Source of the DNA: an uncultured Desulfobacteraceae bacterium
GTDB taxonomy: Bacteria; Desulfobacterota; Desulfobacteria; Desulfobacterales; UBA2174
Direction of reading: 5' to 3'
DNA: 64,000 nt
Assembly (NCBI GenBank): GCA_937982505.1
Contig: CALJLV010000086.1
Location: forward strand, 10,990 to 74,989
Below are positions 54,640-61,350 of this stretch, one piece after another (position 1 is the stretch's first letter; every line of letters begins with the position of its first letter). The translations under genes and the position numbers were made by a program. The notes under the pieces are model-generated. The model had not been told where the DNA came from and ran no database searches. It saw only the letters and a program-made list of their open reading frames with translations.

Positions 54640-54851
54640 AGAAGCCTCGACAAATCAAAATCGCGGAACGGGCCAAGTGCTCACCCCAGGCTCTCTGTAA
54701 CATCCTCCAGGGTCGACGCAGACCATCATGGAATCTGGCCAAACGACTGGCCGCCGCAACCGGGACAGATCCGGTCTTATGGATTGAGGGCGCGCCAGAC
54801 CAGATTCGGCGATGTATCGAGTCGGACCAACCCGAATCGGTGGCGGCATGA
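54636..54851 (+). CDS. second Cro-like HTH protein (paralogue of 54412-54639)
   Basis: AKCSPQALCNILQGRRRPS HTH. Same C-terminal QPESVAA, encoded by the repeat. Confidence 0.65.
   Translation: MKKPRQIKIAERAKCSPQALCNILQGRRRPSWNLAKRLAAATGTDPVLWIEGAPDQIRRCIESDQPESVAA
54828..54849 (+). repeat. 22-bp direct repeat R2
   Basis: Exact copy of R1. Confidence 0.9.
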
Positions 54852-54857
54852 AAAAAA

Positions 54858-55172
54858 TCATAGCTTATGACGGTGACGGTTATTGGGAGACTCCGTTTTG
54901 CATTCGCGCCACTCAATTTCTTCTTGAAAAATTGAGTACTTATAGACCGTTCCGTTCTCGAACACCTCGTCCATACTCGTCAGAAGCGTCTGTAAGGCGC
55001 GCAATTGGTCATCTATTCGCAGCAACAGAACATTGTGTGAAAGCTGCCGAATGCTTTTGTTTTGCTGTGCTAGACCTAAAATTTTTGCAACCGCTGATGC
55101 GTGCCGTGTACTGGCATCAAATCCAGACACGGCGGGGAGATCGATAATGATAAGAATTGAGTATGGTTTCAA
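54858..55172 (-). CDS. small protein, paralogue 1 of a three-member family
   Basis: TTG start 6 nt after GGGGAGGA. Shares MKP..ILI..D.P, [NG].LL.RID and YKYSI[FL] with 55291-55578. Differences in the conserved LLLRID codons are synonymous in this frame. Confidence 0.65.
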   Translation of the reverse strand: MKPYSILIIIDLPAVSGFDASTRHASAVAKILGLAQQNKSIRQLSHNVLLLRIDDQLRALQTLLTSMDEVFENGTVYKYSIFQEEIEWRECKTESPNNRHRHKL

Positions 55173-55191
55173 TTTGTTCCTCCCCTATGCA

Positions 55192-55213
55192 CAACCCGAA
55201 TCGGTGGCGGCAT
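55192..55213 (+). repeat. 22-bp direct repeat R3
   Basis: Exact copy of R1, 20 nt upstream (minus sense) of the paralogue-1 start. Confidence 0.9.
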
Positions 55214-55290
55214 AATGACCCCTGCATCCATATTCAGGTCGTGGCGCGACAGCCAGAGGCGGTATTTCCTCCACAACCCGTGGGACTACA

Positions 55291-55578
55291 TCAACCGCAC
55301 TCCTCCGCCTCGCCCGCCGTTTCTTCGCGCAACTGAAGGTCTTCGTGCAAAATTGAGTACTTATACCGCACGCCGTTTTTCGCGAAAAAGTCAAGCACGG
55401 CGTGCAAACCTGATAATCCTTCATCTATCCGAAGCAGCAAAGCACCTGGTGACAATACTCGATCTGATTTACTTCGGGATAATAGACTGATGATTTTCTC
55501 GGAAAAAGAACGGCGCTCGGCTCCGAAAAAGCTGCAGGACGGGGGATCAAAGGTTATGAGGATGAGGCAAGGTTTCAT
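55291..55578 (-). CDS. small protein, paralogue 2
   Basis: ATG after GAGGT. See 54858-55172. Confidence 0.65.
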   Translation of the reverse strand: MKPCLILITFDPPSCSFFGAERRSFSEKIISLLSRSKSDRVLSPGALLLRIDEGLSGLHAVLDFFAKNGVRYKYSILHEDLQLREETAGEAEECG

Positions 55579-55581
55579 GTT

Positions 55582-55860
55582 CTACCTCGATGTGTTTCGT
55601 GAATCGGTGGCGGCATGATCCAGGAAGAGAACCGTCCCGTTTGCCCGTCGCACCAGGATCTGCACATGGCCTGCATCCATGGCGGGGAGCCGGGACAACG
55701 GAGCTTTGATGGACTCTGTGCGTTTTTTCGAGAGATCGAGATGGATGTACCGGTCCGTATCGCGATAGCAGCCCTTTCCCACGGCGTGGAAGTCTACTCC
55801 TGCTGGAAATGCGGACATTGCGAGATTGTCGTGTTTCATCCCGACCCTATTGGGTGGCAT
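55582..55860 (-). CDS. doubtful ORF between paralogues 2 and 3
   Basis: Open frame only. A plus-strand ORF (55615-) covers the same DNA. No discriminating evidence. Confidence 0.25.
   Translation of the reverse strand: MPPNRVGMKHDNLAMSAFPAGVDFHAVGKGCYRDTDRYIHLDLSKKRTESIKAPLSRLPAMDAGHVQILVRRANGTVLFLDHAATDSRNTSR
55595..55616 (+). repeat. 22-bp direct repeat R4 (degenerate 5' part)
   Basis: TTTCGTGAATCGGTGGCGGCAT. 17 of 22 positions match and the 3' 16 nt are identical. Confidence 0.8.
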
Positions 55861-56152
55861 TGCCGTTCGGGTTTTCCCATCGTTCTTCGCACCATTCTGG
55901 TTTTGCAGGAAAAATTGCGTACTTCAACCGAATTCTTTTTCCGTCTCGGGAGTCGAGGAGGGAAAAGAGCCGCCGCATGGTTCGCATGTGCGTATCTATG
56001 CGAATCTGTAACACATTTGATGCTATGCGCTGAATTCCTTCGATTTTTTCTGTTATACGGGACACCTTTCGGGAAATTTCTCTCCAGCCTTCGGGATGGG
56101 CTGCGAAAGATCCTTCTTCGGGTTCTATGATGATGAGAATCCATGCTTCCAT
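55847..56152 (-). CDS. small protein, paralogue 3
   Basis: MEAWILIIIEPEE..., NVLQIRID, LKYAIF. Start at ATG 56152 or, further upstream, 56188. Confidence 0.6.
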   Translation of the reverse strand: MEAWILIIIEPEEGSFAAHPEGWREISRKVSRITEKIEGIQRIASNVLQIRIDTHMRTMRRLFSLLDSRDGKRIRLKYAIFPAKPEWCEERWENPNGNATQ

Positions 56153-56205
56153 ACGGTCTCTGTTGCCCAAAACATGTGGCCTTGTCAATAAAAGAAAAAC
56201 GTGAA

Positions 56206-56233
56206 GTTATAATGATTTAAAGAAATATTTACA
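56206..56233 (-). promoter_or_regulatory. candidate leftward promoter in an AT-rich divergent gap
   Basis: Minus strand reads TGTAAA, 16 nt spacer, TATAAC. On the plus strand a perfect TATAAT lies at 56208-56213. Both are weakly supported. Confidence 0.3.
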
Positions 56234-56260
56234 GGCTTTTACGAAAAAAGCGAGGTCAGA

Positions 56261-56779
56261 ATGAACCGAAAACCGACCGGGCCGCCACTGGAAACATGGC
56301 AGTTCTATTCGGCAGCCATCTACCACCTCGGTATGTCAACCCTCAACAAGCTGTACTCGGGCCTCAAATCCAAGGCCTGCCCCAAGTGCGGCGCCCTCCT
56401 CGAAGAAAGTCGCGAACGCCAGATACACCGCTGGGCCTCGGACCCGGCGACCACCGCCAGCAACCAGCGTAATCCGGTGGACCGCTACGAGGCTCTGCTC
56501 CGCAGGTTGATGGCCATCGGCGCCGTCGATGTGGCTCAGGCCGTCGTGGCCCGACAGGTCCGAATCGTTCGGCCCCACGACATGCCGGATCCGGGACGCG
56601 ACACCATCGCCGAGGAATGCCTCGATGATCTGGAGGCAATCGTGGATTACCACCGGGTGCTGAGGGACCCGGACGCAAGCCCCGAAGAGGTGGATACAGC
56701 GATGGAAACGGCGATCCGCGAATTACAGCAAAACCGGACCCTCAAGTATCGCAACGAGGGTTGGGCAGGGGGTGTTTGA
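56261..56779 (+). CDS. hypothetical protein
   Basis: GAGGT RBS. CPKCG motif. Confidence 0.55.
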   Translation: MNRKPTGPPLETWQFYSAAIYHLGMSTLNKLYSGLKSKACPKCGALLEESRERQIHRWASDPATTASNQRNPVDRYEALLRRLMAIGAVDVAQAVVARQVRIVRPHDMPDPGRDTIAEECLDDLEAIVDYHRVLRDPDASPEEVDTAMETAIRELQQNRTLKYRNEGWAGGV

Positions 56780-56797
56780 GGCGGACAACACTACTCA

Positions 56798-56830
56798 CTG
56801 AGGGCTCACGGAGTACTCAGTGAGTGCTCA
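56798..56830. repeat. three tandem 11-bp iterons (nnGAGnnCTCA)
   Basis: CTGAGGGCTCA CGGAGTACTCA GTGAGTGCTCA, immediately upstream of the initiator-like gene. Confidence 0.7.
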
Positions 56831-56851
56831 TCTCACCCTCAAGGGGGACTC

Positions 56852-57712
56852 ATGGCGCGCACAAGATCAGTCAAACCGGAGTTCTGGGATGATGAAAAGT
56901 TGAGTGAAATCAGTAGGGATGCCCGGCTTACATTCATCGGGTGCTGGACGCATTCGGATGATTTCGGGGTTGTCAAGGGTCACCCGGTTTGGCTGAAAAA
57001 CAAGATATTTCCGTATGATACGATCACTCCGGCCGTGTTTGGGAAGTGGCTTGAGGAGCTGGAAGGGGTCAAGGCCCTGCTGCCGTTCGAGTACCATGGC
57101 GAAAAATTTTACTTCATTCGGACCTTTTTGAAGCATCAAACCATTAACCGCCCGTCAAAACAGAGAAATCCGGAACCGCCAACAGCACTCACTGAGGGCT
57201 CAGTGAGTGCTCATGGAGTGCTCACGGACGAAACAGAAACAGAAACAGAAACAGAAACAGAAACCAATAACGGATCTTCTAGCGAAGATCCGTCGTCGGA
57301 TTCCCCGCCAAAAATTCCACCATGCCCCCAAAGAGAAATCGTCGAGGCCTACAACCGAATTTGCGTACCTGCTGGATGCCCCTCGATCCAGGTGTGGGAC
57401 AAAGCCTCGGTCGATTGCCTGCGGACCAGGTGGAAGGAAGACCCTGAAAGGCAATCGGTCCAGTGGTGGGAATGGTTATTTACCGATCGGGTAGCGACGT
57501 CGAATTTTCTGACCGGGAAAAGCGAAAAGCAATGGCGCGCAGACCTGCGGTGGATCGTCAAGCCGTCAAATTTCGCCAAGATCATCAACGGCAACTACAT
57601 CAACCGTGAGTTCGACACGGGAAGCAAGCGGACGGATCGAAATCTCCAGGCCGCTAAGGACTTTTTACGGGAGGTTGGGCATGAACGAGCAGGATGCGGG
57701 CAAATTCACTGA
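56852..57712 (+). CDS. replication-initiator/replisome-organiser-like protein
   Basis: N-terminus RSVKPEFWDDEKLSEISRDARLTFIGCWTHSDDFGV is a recurrent phage replication-organiser N-domain. It contains the second iteron cluster and an (ET)n tract. Confidence 0.6.
   Translation: MARTRSVKPEFWDDEKLSEISRDARLTFIGCWTHSDDFGVVKGHPVWLKNKIFPYDTITPAVFGKWLEELEGVKALLPFEYHGEKFYFIRTFLKHQTINRPSKQRNPEPPTALTEGSVSAHGVLTDETETETETETETNNGSSSEDPSSDSPPKIPPCPQREIVEAYNRICVPAGCPSIQVWDKASVDCLRTRWKEDPERQSVQWWEWLFTDRVATSNFLTGKSEKQWRADLRWIVKPSNFAKIINGNYINREFDTGSKRTDRNLQAAKDFLREVGHERAGCGQIH
57192..57224. repeat. second cluster of three 11-bp iterons
   Basis: CTGAGGGCTCA GTGAGTGCTCA TGGAGTGCTCA, inside the initiator-like gene. 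Confidence 0.7.
57230..57264 (+). repeat. (GAAACA)n hexanucleotide microsatellite
   Basis: Five perfect units plus one partial unit, translated as ETETETETETET. Confidence 0.9.
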
Positions 57713-58232
57713 GATCATGGTTGGGTTGTCAGAAAATTACAGCGCCGAGTTGTCCAGAGTCGGCCTCAAGCTGCGGTTTGAGGCGTTGCGGGGCTATGCG
57801 ATCGAGCAGATCGAGGCCGCCGCTGTCAAACTGCTGCGAACACGAAAATTCACCACCATGCCAACCGTCGCGGATTTCGTCGAAGCGATAGACGGCCAGG
57901 CCCCCAGTATCGAGCACAAGGCCCTGTCCGAGGCCAATCGGATCATTGCCCACCTCAACATTCACGGCGCCACCACCTGGCCGGACCTCACCGATCCGAT
58001 CACCAAACGGCTGATGATAACCCGCTGGATTTATCCGCGGTGGGCCTCACAGGTCCTCGAATCGGAGTTGAAATGGTGGGCCAAGGAGTTTGTCGCCGCC
58101 TACCAGGCCGAACAAATCACCGATCCTCAACTCATCCCGCACCAGGTCAAGGGCCTCCTGGCCCAGATCGGCAACCCGGGCGATATGGTGCCCGCCCGGA
58201 AATCGTGTGAAGGCATCGAGGCCCTGAACTGA
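57681..58232 (+). CDS. hypothetical replication-module protein
   Basis: ATG after GGGAGG. Overlaps the previous gene by 32 nt. Confidence 0.5.
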   Translation: MNEQDAGKFTEIMVGLSENYSAELSRVGLKLRFEALRGYAIEQIEAAAVKLLRTRKFTTMPTVADFVEAIDGQAPSIEHKALSEANRIIAHLNIHGATTWPDLTDPITKRLMITRWIYPRWASQVLESELKWWAKEFVAAYQAEQITDPQLIPHQVKGLLAQIGNPGDMVPARKSCEGIEALN

Positions 58233-58275
58233 TCAAAACTCAATCAAACGCAATTTAACGCAAAGGAAAAACGCA

Positions 58276-59334
58276 ATGAAAAAGTTCTTCGTTACCTGGC
58301 TGGCCGTCATTCTCACCGCGTTTTTTGTCTCGGTCGGCATCTGCTACGCCGACCCCGTCGTCAACCCCTGGACCAACGGCAACTACAAAGCCGACACCAA
58401 GGTCACGGCCCAGACCGCCCGGATTGACTCGCTGTATCTGTTCAGCGGGGGGACTGTGTACGGGGCCAACCCCTTCGTGTTCGAGGGGGCCACGTTCGAC
58501 AACTACCAGACAACCCTATCCATCACCGACCCCACGGCTGACCGGACCATCGCGCTACCGAACGCCTCTGGGACTGTCGCACTGACCCCGTTTAACGCCT
58601 ACGAGTTCGAGGGGACCACGGTAGACGATTTCGAGACCACCGTAACAGCGACCGATCCCACGGCTGACCGGACGATTACATTGCCGGATGCCTCTGGCGC
58701 CGTGGTGCTGTCTACCCTCGCCACCAATGCGCCTGACGCGGCAAATTCTGTCACCGGCGCCAGCAACGCCCTGGTCTTCGAGGGGGCAACGGCCAACGCT
58801 TTCGAGACCAGCATCACGCCGACCGACCCGACCACCGACAACACCCTGACCCTACCCGACTACACCGGTGCCGTGCCGATCATCGTTCAGCAGGGCTACA
58901 CCCAGTTCAGCCATTCCGAGGCCACCACCGTCGATGTCACCGGCGCGGTTCTCACCCTGGCCGATGGATGGTTCACCGAAGGCAAGACGTTCCGTGTCCG
59001 AGCCGGCGGGACCGTGACCGGGGCCAATGATGCCATCACCGTCGCGCTTTATCTCGAAGACGGCGCGGTGTGCTCTTTGACCACCGGATCGGCCGCGGCC
59101 GGCGACTGGACCGCCGAGTTTACCATCATCGCCACCGGGGCGGAGACTCAGCGGATTATCGGCACCCTGGTGGCCGGCGGCGGCACGGATCCGGTCAGTG
59201 ACTATGCGGCCGATACCACCGACACGGCGTCGGCCGGGACGATCCCATTGAAACTCCAGGTGGGTCTTGCCAGTGCCGACGATGTGATAACCTGCGAATA
59301 CTGGTCCATCGAGCACTGGAGCCTTGCGGATTAA
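58276..59334 (+). CDS. secreted repeat protein
   Basis: Signal peptide MKKFFVTWLAVILTAFFVSVGICYA. Three ~50-aa repeats FEG.T.D.[YF][QE]T....TDPT.DRTI.LP.ASG.V.L. Confidence 0.65.
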   Translation: MKKFFVTWLAVILTAFFVSVGICYADPVVNPWTNGNYKADTKVTAQTARIDSLYLFSGGTVYGANPFVFEGATFDNYQTTLSITDPTADRTIALPNASGTVALTPFNAYEFEGTTVDDFETTVTATDPTADRTITLPDASGAVVLSTLATNAPDAANSVTGASNALVFEGATANAFETSITPTDPTTDNTLTLPDYTGAVPIIVQQGYTQFSHSEATTVDVTGAVLTLADGWFTEGKTFRVRAGGTVTGANDAITVALYLEDGAVCSLTTGSAAAGDWTAEFTIIATGAETQRIIGTLVAGGGTDPVSDYAADTTDTASAGTIPLKLQVGLASADDVITCEYWSIEHWSLAD

Positions 59335-59341
59335 TGAGCAA

Positions 59342-59373
59342 GGGCCGGCGGCGGAACCCCGCCGGCCCTTTTT
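59342..59373 (+). terminator. rho-independent terminator
   Basis: GGGCCGGCG - 9-nt loop - CGCCGGCCC followed by TTTTT. Confidence 0.75.
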
Positions 59374-59383
59374 GGAGGGAGAA

Positions 59384-59536
59384 ATGGACAGGGATACCGC
59401 ACTGAAAAACCTTTTCGAACAAATCTGGTCGAAACGCTCAGAGGGGCGCATGGAACGGATTCGTGAGGCCGCGGCCACCTACCAGCGATTGGTAAAAATG
59501 CCATGGTGGAAGCGGCTCTTGGGAGGAAGGATATGA
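59384..59536 (+). CDS. small protein
   Basis: ATG after GGAGGGAGA. Confidence 0.35.
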   Translation: MDRDTALKNLFEQIWSKRSEGRMERIREAAATYQRLVKMPWWKRLLGGRI

Positions 59537-59787
59537 AATGCCGGACCATGAATACCGGACAAGATTCCAGGCCATGCCCGTTTTGCGGATCAAAACGGGT
59601 CTTTGTCGATGCGTTGCTTCTCGACACGGTCAGGTGGTTCGTGACTTGTGCCGACTGCGGCGGAACCGGCCCGGCAATGGCCGGCGCGGCGCAAAGTCCT
59701 GATCGTTCCGGCCTCGGCCCAGACCTTGCGGTCCGTGCCTGGAGCGGGGCCGTGGAAAAGACGTTTTGCATGGGGGGGGTGTCGTGA
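59533..59787 (+). CDS. Lar-family (restriction-alleviation-like) zinc-ribbon protein
   Basis: RPCPFCGSKRV...WFVTCADCGGTGP...AVRAWSG fits the Lar-family pattern CPFCG...V.C..C...gp...A..AWN. Confidence 0.55.
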   Translation: MKCRTMNTGQDSRPCPFCGSKRVFVDALLLDTVRWFVTCADCGGTGPAMAGAAQSPDRSGLGPDLAVRAWSGAVEKTFCMGGVS

Positions 59788-60236
59788 AGATTCTAGCACT
59801 GGACATGGGTACAAAGACAGGATGGGCCTGCGATGGAATGAGCGGGGTCCATACTTTCGACGTCAAGCGCGGGGAGAGCCCCGGAATGAGGTTTTTGCGG
59901 TTCCGGGCATGGCTGCGAGAAATGGTCAACGACCTCGTCGTCCCAGAGGTCATTGTCTACGAGCAGCCCCATCACCGGGGAGGGGCCGCCACCGAGGTGG
60001 CCTACGGGTTTTTGACCGAGGTGAAGACCTCGGCCGCGACAAACAGCATCGAGTTGATGCCCGTGCATTCCTCGACGCTCAAAAAATGGGCCACCGGGAC
60101 CGGCGCGGCCAAAAAGGCCCAGATGATCTACGAGGCCCGACGCAGAGGCTACGACCCCAAAGACGACAATCACGCCGATGCGTGCTTGCTCTACGAGTAC
60201 GCGATCGAGGAATTGCGCGGGAGCAAGGCGGCATGA
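59784..60236 (+). CDS. RuvC-like Holliday-junction resolvase
   Basis: GTG after a G8 run. ILALDMGTKTG (Asp), IVYEQP (Glu), DDNHADACLLYEYA (Asp/His) in RuvC order. Confidence 0.8.
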   Translation: MKILALDMGTKTGWACDGMSGVHTFDVKRGESPGMRFLRFRAWLREMVNDLVVPEVIVYEQPHHRGGAATEVAYGFLTEVKTSAATNSIELMPVHSSTLKKWATGTGAAKKAQMIYEARRRGYDPKDDNHADACLLYEYAIEELRGSKAA

Positions 60237-60694
60237 GCGCCTTGCGGTGGTGCCTTCTGTGCCTCGGTTGCGTCGCCACGGGCTATTTTGCCAACCATGT
60301 GGCGACCGTCAACGCCGATATCCGCGTCATGGCCGAGCAGATCCAATCGTTGCGCGCCGAGATCGTTGGCCAGGATGTCCGCGTCGTAACGGTTACGGCC
60401 TACACCGCCAGCCGGGACGAAACCAACTCGGACCCGGGCAACACCGCCATCATGCAAAAACCGGTTCCCGGGTGGACTATCGCGGTCAGCCGCGATCTGC
60501 TTTCCGACGGCTGGGCATTCGGCGACAAGGTGTGGATCGAGGGCGCGGGGCTTTTCCAAATCGCCGACGTTATGAATTCGCGATGGACCCGAAGGATAGA
60601 CGTGCTGGTCGGAACCAAAAAACAGGCTCGTTCCTTCGGGGTGCGCCAGGACGTCACCGCGGTGCGTGTCAGAGGAGGATTGGGTGGAATGTAG
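60233..60694 (+). CDS. 3D-domain (MltA/RlpA-like) cell-wall hydrolase with N-terminal signal-anchor
   Basis: ATGA coupling. MSALRWCLLCLGCVATGYF anchor. VTAYTASRDETNSDPGNTA...IAVSRD...G..V.IEG.G.F.IADVM...RIDVLV is the 3D-domain pattern. Confidence 0.7.
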   Translation: MSALRWCLLCLGCVATGYFANHVATVNADIRVMAEQIQSLRAEIVGQDVRVVTVTAYTASRDETNSDPGNTAIMQKPVPGWTIAVSRDLLSDGWAFGDKVWIEGAGLFQIADVMNSRWTRRIDVLVGTKKQARSFGVRQDVTAVRVRGGLGGM

Positions 60695-61037
60695 TTGTGG
60701 AGCCAATGCGGAGCTGAGGGGAGAAACCAAAATTCAAGTCCCCCTGGATCGTGCCGGAAGTGTTTTGAGGGCCTGGCATTGCCCGCGTTGCCAGGCCATT
60801 TTCCACACCATCGAGGGGCCGCTTACCGCCGGCGGCGCGCTGCGCGTGATCGATGAGCGCCAGGCCGCCGCGATCCTCGGCAAAAGCGCCCTGACGCTGC
60901 GCAACGAGCGCGTCCAGGGCCGGTCACGGGTGCCGTTCGTTCGGCAGGGGCGCCGGATTGGGTACCTGCTTTTGGATCTGGCCGAATACATCATGGCCAA
61001 CAGGGTGATGCCGGGTGGCAAAGATGGAATGCCCTGA
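60684..61037 (+). CDS. zinc-ribbon + excisionase-type HTH protein
   Basis: GTG after GGAGG. CSCG...CPRC. IDERQAAAILGKSALTLRNERVQGR. Confidence 0.5.
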   Translation: MECSCGANAELRGETKIQVPLDRAGSVLRAWHCPRCQAIFHTIEGPLTAGGALRVIDERQAAAILGKSALTLRNERVQGRSRVPFVRQGRRIGYLLLDLAEYIMANRVMPGGKDGMP

Positions 61038-61350
61038 ATGTGGCCAGCGAATGCGCACACCAGGCACCGACACATGCGACGAAAATGACATGTTCGGGGT
61101 CTACCGCTACCGCAAATGCCGCTGCGGTAATGTGGTCGAGACCCGGGAGATCCCCGAAGACACTTCCGGCAGGGCGGACCAATGCCCGATATGCGGCGCC
61201 AAAGCCTCTGTCTTGCGAACCCTCCAGGCCGGGCCCGGGGTGGTGATACGGATACGGGAGTGTACCCAGTGTCCGGCCCGGTTCTACACCAGGGAAGCTG
61301 TGTTTCGGGTGACCATGAAGGTGACCCAACCCATGGTCAGAAATGAATAA
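61024..61350 (+). CDS. tandem Ogr/Delta-like zinc-finger late activator
   Basis: Two CP.CG...(Y/I)R.R.C..C modules (CPECGQRM...YRYRKCRCG and CPICGAKA...RIRECTQCPARF). Sits directly before the terminase genes. Confidence 0.6.
   Translation: MECPECGQRMRTPGTDTCDENDMFGVYRYRKCRCGNVVETREIPEDTSGRADQCPICGAKASVLRTLQAGPGVVIRIRECTQCPARFYTREAVFRVTMKVTQPMVRNE

Noticed and set aside
54616-55616. The 22-bp direct repeats as a CRISPR array
   Set aside because: The units between repeats are 212-403 bp, far longer than spacers and variable in length. They contain whole genes with RBSs. No cas genes or leader are present.
54848-56130. Long plus-strand ORFs (54848-55147, 55215-55490, 55615-56130) that start at the ATG inside each 22-bp repeat
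   Set aside because: The differences between units are synonymous in the minus frame and non-synonymous in the plus frame. The plus-strand ORFs do not reach the next repeat in frame, and their products look non-protein-like. The first ~250 nt of 55615- remain undecided.
57230-57264. The GAAACA microsatellite as a sequencing or assembly artefact or non-coding spacer
   Set aside because: It keeps the initiator-like ORF in frame, because the unit length is a multiple of 3, and it is flanked by unique coding sequence. It is reported as a genuine in-frame repeat, pending read-level confirmation.
59648-60232. Upstream part of listed ORF 59648-60694
   Set aside because: It overlaps the Lar-like and RuvC-like genes, which have clear motifs. 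The 3D-domain protein starts at ATG 60233 in ATGA coupling.
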